Assembly: GCA_965657355.1 (NCBI GenBank)
Contig: CBFHOE010000006.1
Span: 79,217 to 143,216 of the forward strand
DNA: 64,000 nucleotides
Direction of reading: 5' to 3'
Source: Limisphaerales bacterium
Lineage (GTDB): Bacteria > Verrucomicrobiota > Verrucomicrobiia > Limisphaerales > JAJOIW01
Position numbers and translations under genes: made by a program. Shown one piece after another: positions 41,539-51,982 of the stretch (position 1 is the first letter of the stretch; each line of letters opens with the position of its first letter). The notes below the pieces were generated by a model. The model was not told the DNA's origin, ran no database searches, and saw only the letters and a list, made by a program, of their open reading frames with translations.

Positions 41539-42138
41539 TTATTTATGAGTCAATCCCTTCAAAAAGTTGACGACGAGGGATTCTACCATATCACTGACGG
41601 AATCCTCATCAATCGAAGCCAATTTGCCTGTCAGATTAAGCATACAAATCCCATGAACGCCGGCCCACAAGATCCTGGAGGCTCGCTCAGCTTGCCTTTT
41701 ATGACCATTACAAATTTTCAGGGTAGGTTTTTCGACCCATTGGAAAAGGTCTCTTATCTTTGCCCTATACCAGCCGGGAAGCTTAAAATCTTTGTTTCGA
41801 TTATGATCTAGTAACGCTTGCCACAAATTCACATTCTGATTCACAAATTCTGTATAAATGCTGAATAACCTGAGTATCGAAGTATTTGGAGATTTCGCCT
41901 CTGTATATTCCCTGAGAATAAAGGCATTTAGTTCATCAAGCGTCAGTCCGTTGATATGAATAACTATATCGTCATAGTCTGCAAAAATGTTGTAAAGAGT
42001 CCCTACGGTATACCCAATCTCTCTGGCTATTTTTCGAGCACCAAGTGATTGCAGACCCCCGTTCTGGATAATCATCCGCCCTGATTCCAAAATCATTTGT
42101 CTCAGTTCTTCTCTGGTGTGGTCTGCTCTGCGCGCCAT
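41539..42138 (-). CDS. TetR/AcrR family transcriptional regulator (WHG-type C-terminus)
   Basis: ARKIAREIGYTVGTLYNIF HTH; LWAGVHG motif. Confidence 0.9.
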   Translation of the reverse strand: MARRADHTREELRQMILESGRMIIQNGGLQSLGARKIAREIGYTVGTLYNIFADYDDIVIHINGLTLDELNAFILREYTEAKSPNTSILRLFSIYTEFVNQNVNLWQALLDHNRNKDFKLPGWYRAKIRDLFQWVEKPTLKICNGHKRQAERASRILWAGVHGICMLNLTGKLASIDEDSVSDMVESLVVNFLKGLTHK

Positions 42139-42207
42139 TTATATAATTCTTATACGGGGGTAACCCTTTTGATAACTTTAAAAATTTTAGAAGATTAAGA
42201 TAAGATA

Positions 42208-42287
<80 letters not shown>

Positions 42288-42559
42288 AGCGTTTGGGGAT
42301 AAGTATTGAATCACCTTTCTTTGGGGAATCAATCCCAAATTTCATCTTTTTGAAGTTTTTTTTCAAATTTATTCTCAATTAGGCGGACAATATGTTATTA
42401 GAATGCCTCATCATTTGAAGAGTCGTGTAAATTGGAGGTGGTTAGCCTCGTATTTGTCGATGAGAAATAAAGGGAGTAACCGCCAAAGTCATCCTACCGG
42501 ATAGTATGATCTCGATAACACCCGCTATATCAAAAATTTACGACCTCATTTTATTTTAG

Positions 42560-43813
42560 TTGAAGAAGAAGAATATGGGATTTAAGGACCTGAACCTCAG
42601 CGAGGATGCAATAAAAGCGATTGATGATCTTGGATTTGAAGATCCGACCCCCATTCAAGCTCAGGGAATACCCATTATGCTTGAAGGCACAGACCTGATA
42701 GGCAGCGCACAAACAGGAACCGGGAAAACGGCCGCTTTTTTATTACCAATTATTACTAAATTGGAAAAACCTCAACACCGACCTCGTGCTCTGATTTTGG
42801 AACCTACCCGAGAATTAGCGCTTCAGGTCCAGGAAAGCTTCGAAAAGTTTGGAAAACACTCCCCGTTGAGAGGCATGGTTATCTACGGCGGGGTTGGGTA
42901 TGGTAAACAAAAGCAAATACTCAAAAGCGGTGTCGATATCGTCATTGGGACGCCTGGCAGGATTATTGATCATATACAGCAAAAATCATTAGACCTATCT
43001 CGCCTGCAATACCTCATCCTCGACGAAGCAGATAGAATGCTCGATATGGGGTTCATACCGAGTGTGAAAAAGATAATCGGAAATTGCCCGAAAAAAAGGC
43101 AAACAGCTTTATTTTCCGCCACTATTCCAAAGGAGATAGAACAATTATCTCACTTTGCCATGCACTCTCCCACAAACGTCGAAATTGACCCGGACCTTAA
43201 AACAGCCGATACGATCGATCACTGGCTTTACCCTGTTGCTGAATCGCAAAAATCAAATCTCACCCACTGCCTTCTTTCACAGGATAAAGTTGAAAGCGCT
43301 ATTATTTTTTGCAGAACCAGGATGCGGGCAGACAGATTGGCTAATTATTTAAAAAACCGTGGTTCAGATGTAGCTATTATTCATTCTGCTAAATCACAGA
43401 GAGAGCGCGAAAAATCCTTAAGTAGGTTCAGGAAAAAATCGGTGAAATTTTTAGTAGCGACTGATATTGCGGCACGAGGTCTTGATATTCCTGAAGTTTC
43501 GCATGTGGTTAATTACGATGTCCCACAAAACCCAGAAGACTATGTCCATAGGATCGGGCGAACCGGGCGAGCTTCCAAGTCTGGGGAGGCTTATACAATT
43601 TTTGTCACTGAAGACCTTCTCTTTATCCAAGCCATCGAAAAATATATCCATAAAAAAATCGATAGAAAACAATTGGAAGGTTTTGACTACAAATACACCG
43701 CCTTATTAGATAGAGGATCAGAGAAACAAATGATGCGAAGAAAGAAGAATGCGAGGGGAGTAAGAGTTTCTGGGGGGTACTACTTCGGCCCGGTGAGGAA
43801 GAGAAAGAGATAA
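42560..43813 (+). CDS. DEAD-box ATP-dependent RNA helicase (RhlE-like)
   Basis: PTPIQ, AQTGTGKT, PTRELA, TPGR, LDEADRMLDMGF, SAT, ARGLD, HRIGRTGRA. Confidence 0.95.
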   Translation: MKKKNMGFKDLNLSEDAIKAIDDLGFEDPTPIQAQGIPIMLEGTDLIGSAQTGTGKTAAFLLPIITKLEKPQHRPRALILEPTRELALQVQESFEKFGKHSPLRGMVIYGGVGYGKQKQILKSGVDIVIGTPGRIIDHIQQKSLDLSRLQYLILDEADRMLDMGFIPSVKKIIGNCPKKRQTALFSATIPKEIEQLSHFAMHSPTNVEIDPDLKTADTIDHWLYPVAESQKSNLTHCLLSQDKVESAIIFCRTRMRADRLANYLKNRGSDVAIIHSAKSQREREKSLSRFRKKSVKFLVATDIAARGLDIPEVSHVVNYDVPQNPEDYVHRIGRTGRASKSGEAYTIFVTEDLLFIQAIEKYIHKKIDRKQLEGFDYKYTALLDRGSEKQMMRRKKNARGVRVSGGYYFGPVRKRKR

Positions 43814-43838
43814 TTTACCCAAGAATGACACAATGATA

Positions 43839-43867
43839 AAAAAGCCGGCGTAAAACACCGGCTTTTT
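43839..43867. terminator. Bidirectional intrinsic terminator between the helicase and eno
   Basis: AAAAAGCCGG-N9-CCGGCTTTTT between convergent genes. Confidence 0.85.
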
Positions 43868-43912
43868 AATTTTCATTCGTGAGGTAGAATTGAGCTTAAT
43901 GCAATTGGGTGA

Positions 43913-45248
<1,336 letters not shown>

Positions 45249-45305
45249 GAAAAGTGCCAGGAACAGGCACAATTTCTCATTTTAAAACACTTATTGTCTT
45301 CGATT

Positions 45306-46283
45306 TCATTCCCTAACCCTCCTCACCCTGTAGAATCTGCCTTCAACAGTTTCAGAAAAAGAAAGGGTTTGGTCTGAAATAAGCCCTTCGGACTTGATCT
45401 CTCCGCCTATGTTTTGCCAATGGATGAGGTCGGTTGATTCCTCTATTTGGTAAGTTCTCTCGAGCAAACTGGACCAGAACAAAGTGATCTTTCCCAAATC
45501 ATTATGATATTTCCATTTTGAAATGATAATTTTTCTTGGAACAAATGGGTGCAAATCCCAATTGATGCCCCTGAAATATTCTAACCGGTTTGGTATCGTA
45601 TTCCGGATCTGGCTAGAAATTCTGATAGGAATACGATCCTCTCTATATTCCAACGCCAAAAAAGGAAGAAAAGATTCTGCAACATCTTCCCTCGTAGGAT
45701 TATCACGAGCATATGTTGAAATAAAATTGGGATCCTGCTTTTGAGCAAGAACCCAGCCAGATGATTTGGCATGGTTTCGGTCCAAAGATGTATGGGAAGC
45801 CTCGTGAACAAAAGTCTCTTCTAAAATGAAAGATGAAATATATCTGTCTCCCTGGATGTCATGAATCAGGAGATTATTATTTCCACCTCCAAATGGTTTA
45901 TCCCCTTTATGTATCCAGATGGTTTTCACATCTTGTCTCAGGGAATTGGGCAACCGTCCAATGGAGGGTAAATATTTTTCAGCGACCCTGAGCGCGCTTG
46001 ACTCATTTTGAAATTCAGAATTAACCTGAACTTCTATCTCAAGACCATCATCAAACCGGGCTTGGAAAAGAAACGCCTTGTTTATAATCCATTCACTGAC
46101 GCGCCTATCGTACATTTGACGATTTTCCTGCCCTTTGAATTCCATTCCCAGATATGAAGTCAAATCCTGGTCGGTTATAACGTCTCCATCCAAAAAGATC
46201 GTTCCTGAAAATGGCGGGCCCGCATTCACGAAAGCTGCAAAGAATAAAAATACAAAAAATAGAATGTGAGCTCTCTCTGTCAT
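45306..46283 (-). CDS. Secreted zincin-like metallopeptidase-domain protein with C-terminal FYRV motif
   Basis: Signal peptide; HEASH (HExxH) plus downstream ISTYA...REDVAES third-ligand motif. Confidence 0.7.
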   Translation of the reverse strand: MTERAHILFFVFLFFAAFVNAGPPFSGTIFLDGDVITDQDLTSYLGMEFKGQENRQMYDRRVSEWIINKAFLFQARFDDGLEIEVQVNSEFQNESSALRVAEKYLPSIGRLPNSLRQDVKTIWIHKGDKPFGGGNNNLLIHDIQGDRYISSFILEETFVHEASHTSLDRNHAKSSGWVLAQKQDPNFISTYARDNPTREDVAESFLPFLALEYREDRIPIRISSQIRNTIPNRLEYFRGINWDLHPFVPRKIIISKWKYHNDLGKITLFWSSLLERTYQIEESTDLIHWQNIGGEIKSEGLISDQTLSFSETVEGRFYRVRRVRE

Positions 46284-46415
46284 GTTAGGGTCTGGAATAA
46301 AGCACTACCTCAAAAAATCTAGATAAAAATGCCACCGCTTTCACACATCACAGCGCCAAAAGTGTCACTTTTTTTGGGCTTGTTTGCCCGAATGAAGAAA
46401 TAGGAATGAAGCTGG

Positions 46416-46811
46416 TTATCCCAGCTGCGAGAAATTATTTACCCCCCCACGAGAGGAGCGGTAAGAAACGTGAATATTTTTAAGCTGCTTGGTTGAAGAG
46501 TCTAACTTTTCGAGTTCATTTTTGCCCTGAACGACTTTTGTATCTATGAGCTCAATGATCTCTCTTTGCTGATCTTGTAATTGCTGCATTAGCTCTCGCG
46601 GAGGATCGCAAAAATTTGTTTTCGCATAGCTTTGAATCCTGTCGCTCAAATGAGACTTTTGACGCTGACACAAATCAACTTGAACCCAATCATCGATGAG
46701 AATAGCTTGCTTTTCCTGAACAGACCACTGCATCCAGGAATTGAGATATTGGCTAAATCCTTGATCGGTTGGATCTACGGTATTCTCTTTAGCTGGTATG
46801 TTGAGCTTCAT
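46416..46811 (-). CDS. Helical protein downstream of fliS, FliT/FlgN-like chaperone candidate; start likely ATG 46811
   Basis: Overlaps the fliS stop; short coiled-coil-like sequence with AIL.DDW..V. The assignment rests mainly on position. Confidence 0.45.
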   Translation of the reverse strand: MKLNIPAKENTVDPTDQGFSQYLNSWMQWSVQEKQAILIDDWVQVDLCQRQKSHLSDRIQSYAKTNFCDPPRELMQQLQDQQREIIELIDTKVVQGKNELEKLDSSTKQLKNIHVSYRSSRGGVNNFSQLG

Positions 46812-47247
46812 TTTGCCAAGCGGTGAACTCGCTTTCTGACATTGGCGACCCACCTCGTTCTAGCATGGTTGACCATGCTGATCTGAGACCAGAGAAATGG
46901 TTGATGACTTCCTTCAACCCATCTGGCTTTTTCTTCATATTGATTTCGTTGAGCCTTCTGTCGCAGTATTCGTAGAGCCTAAGAAAATTCTGTGAAACAT
47001 CCCCACCCTGCTTGTGATCTAAACAATTTGAGAGTTCTAATATGATGTTCCTCGCCTTGAGTATGTTGGCGTTGATTTGGACGTTTTTCTCCGAAGGGTC
47101 TTCAATATTAAAACCACGTTCCGCCTGATGGCAGAAACGAATGACACCATCAAAAAGCATGAGAACTAATTGCCCCGGTGTTGCTGTTGTCAATGAAGTC
47201 GTTTTATATGCCTGAAAAGGATTTTTATTAAGTGCTATGGTTGACAT
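46789..47247 (-). CDS. fliS: Flagellin export chaperone FliS
   Basis: AYK..S.TTATPGQLVLMLFDG, KARNIILEL..CLD..GG, LYEY, LRSAW. Confidence 0.93.
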   Translation of the reverse strand: MSTIALNKNPFQAYKTTSLTTATPGQLVLMLFDGVIRFCHQAERGFNIEDPSEKNVQINANILKARNIILELSNCLDHKQGGDVSQNFLRLYEYCDRRLNEINMKKKPDGLKEVINHFSGLRSAWSTMLERGGSPMSESEFTAWQNEAQHTS

Positions 47248-47270
47248 CAGTTTATCGTTTTATTGTAAGC

Positions 47271-47531
47271 CTAAAGATTCGAAATCATTAATCGGCTAAT
47301 CTTAGCAATCACGTCATCAGATGGGAACGAAGGATCAGCGATAAGCGACTTTGCTTCCTCTACTTTATTCCCCCGGATATCTGGTGCGCTACTAATCATT
47401 TCCTGTATTTCTTCGCTTTTCCTCAACTCATTGGAGCGAAAAGCTGAATTTGTATTGACCCGCTTCCCCGATGCTATAAAACCGCTTGCCGAAATATCTG
47501 ATACGCTGGTGTATGTTGGACTTATGTTCAT
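47271..47531 (-). CDS. Putative anti-sigma28 factor, FlgM-like
   Basis: 86 aa, low-structure N-terminus; C-terminal PDIRGNKVEEAKSLI resembles FlgM PDxRxxKVxxxKxxI; strong RBS AGGAGAGG; flagellar context. Confidence 0.6.
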   Translation of the reverse strand: MNISPTYTSVSDISASGFIASGKRVNTNSAFRSNELRKSEEIQEMISSAPDIRGNKVEEAKSLIADPSFPSDDVIAKISRLMISNL

Positions 47532-47573
47532 TTTAATTCCTCTCCTAATTAAGAATTTCTTTACCTATCTAAT

Positions 47574-47599
47574 CAGCGACTTAGTAGAAAACTGCTTAA
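47574..47599 (-). promoter_or_regulatory. Putative sigma28-like promoter of the flgM-like gene
   Basis: TTAAG-N14-GTCGCTG versus canonical TAAAG-N14-GCCGATAA. Confidence 0.35.
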
Positions 47600-47633
47600 T
47601 CAGGAAAAACCTTAATTGCTTTTGAGATTTTCC

Positions 47634-48338
47634 TTATCTCTGCGGCATGGTTAGAAAAGAAATCCTCAAAGATTCTCGGACTAGCAAGTTGGTCGGAAAA
47701 TACGGTCTTCCGGTTACCGTGGGGTCACCCTCGGGTAAACCTAAAATTTTATTTAAATTGATATGCTTTCTGGAATCTTTTCCTTTTCGGTCAGAAAATG
47801 CTAGGTGAGTGCCATCCACCTCAAATAAATGGTCCATCTGCCAAATGGTCTCACCATCACTCGCGCGGACAAGGTGAAAACGCAATCCAATCGAAGGTTG
47901 CTTGTAAGGCTGATATTCGGTCACTTCGGTAAACAATACACCCTCACAGCCCGATTCCTGGCCAATGGTTTGTATGAATCCTCTTGGTAACACTTGATCC
48001 AAACTCCAATAAAGTCGCCCGCTCCATAGTTCGAGTCTCTCTTTAGAAACAATGGTTCCCCTAAAAACCCCTTGATTTTGGGAAATTTCTGGAAGGTATG
48101 CCTGAACTTTATTTCGTGCATCCTCAAGGATTCCCGAATTCACTGCCCCTGCAATCGTTACCGGTAATACCGCCACTGTTTGGATATCAAATGGAAATCT
48201 AGAAGACTGCCTGAAAGCCTGAATAGGTCGTTCCTGGCTTATCACCGGTGGCTTCTCTTCTACCGTCGAACAACCACAAAATGAAACTAAAAAAACCATA
48301 AATAAAAAATGGATTGTATGATAACTTAATAATTTCAT
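47634..48338 (-). CDS. Lipoprotein, CsgG/LpoB-like fold candidate
   Basis: Lipobox-like FCGC; TVAVLP...GCEGVLFTEVT...LV...GETIW pattern. Confidence 0.6.
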   Translation of the reverse strand: MKLLSYHTIHFLFMVFLVSFCGCSTVEEKPPVISQERPIQAFRQSSRFPFDIQTVAVLPVTIAGAVNSGILEDARNKVQAYLPEISQNQGVFRGTIVSKERLELWSGRLYWSLDQVLPRGFIQTIGQESGCEGVLFTEVTEYQPYKQPSIGLRFHLVRASDGETIWQMDHLFEVDGTHLAFSDRKGKDSRKHINLNKILGLPEGDPTVTGRPYFPTNLLVRESLRISFLTMPQR

Positions 48339-48368
48339 TTTAATAAATAAATTTAGTAAATATGGTTA

Positions 48369-50069
48369 CTACACTAAGTTTCCTGCGAGAAATTGTAATT
48401 GTTGATTGGCACGCGCCTGTGCGGATTCCATGGCAATAAACCGCGAAATAAGGGTTTCTCTGTTTGCCTGGACGAGTCTTTCCATACCTTCGATCTGGGA
48501 GTTGATGTTTGAGGCCTGTTTGCCAAGATTTTCTTGTTTGACGATAATGGAGCCTTCGTCACCGACTGTGGCTTCTAGGTATTGATCGAATTTGCTAGCT
48601 AATCCGTTGTTCTCGTCTGTGAAGAATTCTTTGAGTCCGGTTAAGTTATTTCGAATAGCATCATCGAGAAGAGAACTATCGGTAATGGCAATTTTGTTAT
48701 CATCGCCGTTGGAGTTTATTCCGAATTTTGAAAGGAAATCAAAGGTGGAATCGATACCCGTTATTTGGCCATTGGCGAGATTCCGCAACGAGGAAGCGAC
48801 TTGGTTTGCTTCTAATTCACCGGAGAGCGCAGCAGCGTCCACTGATCCGTCTTCGCCGGTAATGACTTCAGTTTGAGAGGAAAGAAGACTCTGGATACTG
48901 TTGTAATCATCGATAAAAGCATTAATGGCTGATTTAATTTTTGCTTCATCGGTTTCGATATTGACCGAAACTTGTCCTTCTTTTTTTGCACTTATAGAAA
49001 TCCCATTAAGGCCGGAAGAGTCTTGATCTATGGTATTGGTAAAGCTTTGTAATTCTCCGCCTCCGTTTATGGTGTACTTGAGGTTTTGCCCGCGCTCAAG
49101 CGTACTTGATGAAATGCCGGTTGCTGAGAGGAAATTTCCTGTGACATCTGACATTGTGATCCCCAAGTCACCCGTTTGCTTATTAGTAAGCATGAATTTT
49201 CCTGAAACCGAGTCGAAAGAGGCCGAGACTCCAGCTGAAGAGTCATTAATCCTATTGAGGATGTCGGTTATGGCATCTGTCGAGGCATCAAATGTAATAT
49301 CCACCCCATTAATTGTAAATTTACCTGCGCCTGAACCTCCGTCGGAGATGGGTGTCGCCAAATTGGATTGGTCTACTGATTTATTGAGAACGATGCTGCC
49401 AACACGACTTGAGCTACTTACTGAGCCAGTGCCTGTGTTGTAAAGCCTTGCAAGCTGCAGAAAATTGCTGGTGTCGTTTGCGCTTCCCAAGATGATTTCA
49501 TTCGAACTGTTTAATTCAATTTTATCCGTCGATGAATTATAAGTAGCGGTAACATCTCCACCTGTTTGAGTATTTATCCTGTCAAAGATATCTTGAAGAG
49601 TATCACTCGAGGAGACATCGATACGTTGTCCATTTACCGAAAAAACCCCATCGGTGACTGGGCGATAAAAAGCAGCGTCAGACAATACTAAACCGGATAC
49701 GTCGTTTGAACTATTTAGGCCGGAGGCTACATTGCTGGCTCCTGTCCAAACAGATGAGGTGGCAAGATTTAATATATCTATGTTATAGGAGCCCTTTGGA
49801 GCCCCGAATTCTGCGGTTACGGTGGCAATTTCATCGTTCGAAGAAGTGCCGAGTCGACTATCAAATAAATCAGCGCTCGATAAATCTGTGATTTTGTTTT
49901 TTAAGGTCCCCAACCCTGTCTCAATGGAATTGTAGGCATTTTTTCTGCTATTAAGTCGGTCCTGTTCAACGAGAAGGCGCCTCTGCGGGGCACGCTCAAT
50001 ATCGGCTAATTGATTCACGAGCGAACGCCAATCAAACCCCGAAGCTAAACCTGATAATCCAAGATCCAT
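48369..50069 (-). CDS. fliD: Flagellar filament cap protein FliD
   Basis: GLSGLASGFDW..LVNQL..ER.P N-terminus; FIDDYN; C-terminal L..RF.AME. Confidence 0.92.
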   Translation of the reverse strand: MDLGLSGLASGFDWRSLVNQLADIERAPQRRLLVEQDRLNSRKNAYNSIETGLGTLKNKITDLSSADLFDSRLGTSSNDEIATVTAEFGAPKGSYNIDILNLATSSVWTGASNVASGLNSSNDVSGLVLSDAAFYRPVTDGVFSVNGQRIDVSSSDTLQDIFDRINTQTGGDVTATYNSSTDKIELNSSNEIILGSANDTSNFLQLARLYNTGTGSVSSSSRVGSIVLNKSVDQSNLATPISDGGSGAGKFTINGVDITFDASTDAITDILNRINDSSAGVSASFDSVSGKFMLTNKQTGDLGITMSDVTGNFLSATGISSSTLERGQNLKYTINGGGELQSFTNTIDQDSSGLNGISISAKKEGQVSVNIETDEAKIKSAINAFIDDYNSIQSLLSSQTEVITGEDGSVDAAALSGELEANQVASSLRNLANGQITGIDSTFDFLSKFGINSNGDDNKIAITDSSLLDDAIRNNLTGLKEFFTDENNGLASKFDQYLEATVGDEGSIIVKQENLGKQASNINSQIEGMERLVQANRETLISRFIAMESAQARANQQLQFLAGNLV

Positions 50070-50145
50070 AAAACAACTGTTCTAAGTTTTATTACCAATT
50101 GCCTGCCTGGTGAATTCACCTAAAACGACAATGCATCAACCCGTA

Positions 50146-50172
50146 CTGCGACAGTTTTGAGAATTAACTTTA
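50146..50172 (-). promoter_or_regulatory. Putative sigma28-like promoter of fliD
   Basis: TAAAG-N15-GTCGCAG upstream of fliD. Confidence 0.35.
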
Positions 50173-50213
50173 GTCAGATGTCGAAAAATCAAATATTTCC
50201 TTCTTCAACGATT

Positions 50214-51382
50214 TTATAAGTCGATCTCATTCAGCCACTTAGAGAACTCATCGGACAATAGGAGAATTTCAGCCATTTTGTTGTAGCCACCGGAAAGTGG
50301 ATGACTAGAATCTGCGTACAATTCGGAAGGCAAAGTGGGTAGAACAGCGTGGCTTATGCCCTGCTCTTTGAGCCAAATCCTAGCCAAGCCCTCATAATGG
50401 CTACATTTATTTTGGCTCCGCTCATCCATCATGTGTTTATTCAGTGGGCCAATAATCACAAAAACCGATAAATTCTTTTCTTGAAGAAGTTTTGTAAGTT
50501 TAAGGAGTGCCGGCCATTGAATAGAGGAGGTAGGGTCGATCCAGCGATCTTGCTGAACTTGCATCCCTTTTCGATTCCAGGATTTATGTCTTGAGCTATG
50601 CTTGCCGCGACTCGGATCATTTTCATGTTCCGAAAGATTTTGAAAATCGAACTGGCCGGAAATATTTTTACTGGAATTAGGATAGTTAGGTGGCCAAGTA
50701 GGCCCCATATCCATTGTCCAATTGGGAATACTTTTATTATCAACGTAAGAAATTTGAATGTGTTTTGCTAAACGATTCGAAGGGATATGTAGGGATACCG
50801 TAATCTTCAACCTTTTTCAAAGGGTGCTTTATATGGCGGGATGTCGTGAAAGAATTGAGGTAGTAGATTCGAGTGATTCAAAGTCCTCTCTTTGGGATCT
50901 TGGAGGTCGGCTTCTGGATTACTGATCCACAAAAAGTTGTAGTGCAGGATAACTGGCAGCCTTTTATTATGAGGATAGTAGTTCTCGATAAGTTCTTTCA
51001 ATACCACGGGATACAAACCATTAATCCCCGCATTGAGAAATTTATATGTGTTCTGAACATTTGATCTTTCGTTTAAATAAGCAGTTAATGTGGAATCACG
51101 GTCAACGTATTCTCCCCAAACTACCGAATCCCCAATAATAGTTACTGGAATTTTCGAGGACTGGGATATGGAATCCTCGAGCATTTTTTCATAATGCCAG
51201 TAATCCTTGGACAGATGATACGGTTGTCGACTATTTTCAATTGAGGGTCTTTTCTCAAAATTATTCCATAATATTGGGAGAAGTATATTTGCCAGAACAA
51301 CAACCACAATGATCCACAGCCATACTCGAGGTGGCACTTTTTCTTCGGATCTAATCTTTGGGCTCGTGTCGTTTGTCTTCAT
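50214..51382 (-). pseudogene. SGNH/AlgJ-DltD-like O-acyltransferase partner, split by a 1-nt frameshift
   Basis: First ORF has an N-terminal TM, IIGDSVVWG (GDS) and FLNAGING; second ORF has YADSSH (DxxH). The frames join (..PFEKRLKITVS..) if one A is added to the A5 run at 50813-50817. Confidence 0.75.
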
Positions 51383-51392
51383 AACTCACCAA

Positions 51393-51695
51393 TTAGAATT
51401 GAAAATATATAAAGGCACCGCCAGAAGCAGAACCAAACATGAGATAGATTATCATCATGGCGCCAAGGACAACTCTAGCCGGATCTCCTTCCATCCATTT
51501 TTTAATGCCAGAATTCAGTCGTATGAGTTGATAAACCCACACAGCAAAAACAAGAAGCAGTAAAAAATATGGGGCATGCATTATACCCGGATCAAAGCTC
51601 ATCATCCTTTGAAAAAGATAAATAGCGTGGGAAACATTATCTGCTCGAAAAAATGTCCAGCCTATCCAAACAAAAATAAAGACGATTGGCATTGA
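51393..51695 (-). pseudogene. 3' remnant of an MBOAT-family O-acyltransferase (AlgI-like)
   Basis: FVWIGWTFFRA and terminal FIYFQF hallmarks; only ~100 codons remain; the in-frame upstream sequence is not MBOAT-like. Confidence 0.8.
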
Positions 51696-51703
51696 TATGA
51701 ATA

Positions 51704-51884
51704 TGATGTCAACTATGAAATGAAGAAACTGGCAGCGTTGATCAATAATCGTCCTGCCAATGATATTGTTTATGTGTTGAACACCGCATTTCGACGAGGG
51801 CTTGATGTCACCGAATAGCTCTCAAGATTGTTCCATATATTGAAAATTTTTGACCACCTTAATTACTAATCATAGTTGATATCA
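51704..51884. repeat. 15-bp imperfect inverted repeat pair enclosing 181 bp
   Basis: TGATGTCAACTATGA (51704-51718) and TCATAGTTGATATCA (51870-51884), 14/15 complementary. Confidence 0.7.
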
Positions 51885-51886
51885 AG

Positions 51887-51908
51887 CATGATAACGTCCT
51901 TTATCATG
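51887..51908. promoter_or_regulatory. Putative tyrosine-recombinase core site (8-6-8 dyad)
   Basis: CATGATAA-cgtcct-TTATCATG, 75 bp upstream of the recombinase start. Confidence 0.7.
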
Positions 51909-51982
51909 TGTAATAATTACTGGCTATTTGGACAGTATCCTGATTTAATGAATCCAGAACTTAAGAATACGGGTCTTTTTAT

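Noticed and set aside
42466..42550. yybP-ykoY (Mn) riboswitch suggested by AGGGAGTAAC...GACCT
   Set aside because: The closing P1 stem pairs poorly and the downstream gene is not a typical target; kept only as a generic structured-leader candidate
47250..47275. Sigma28 -10-like AACGATAA upstream of fliS
   Set aside because: Only a few bases from the start codon and no matching -35
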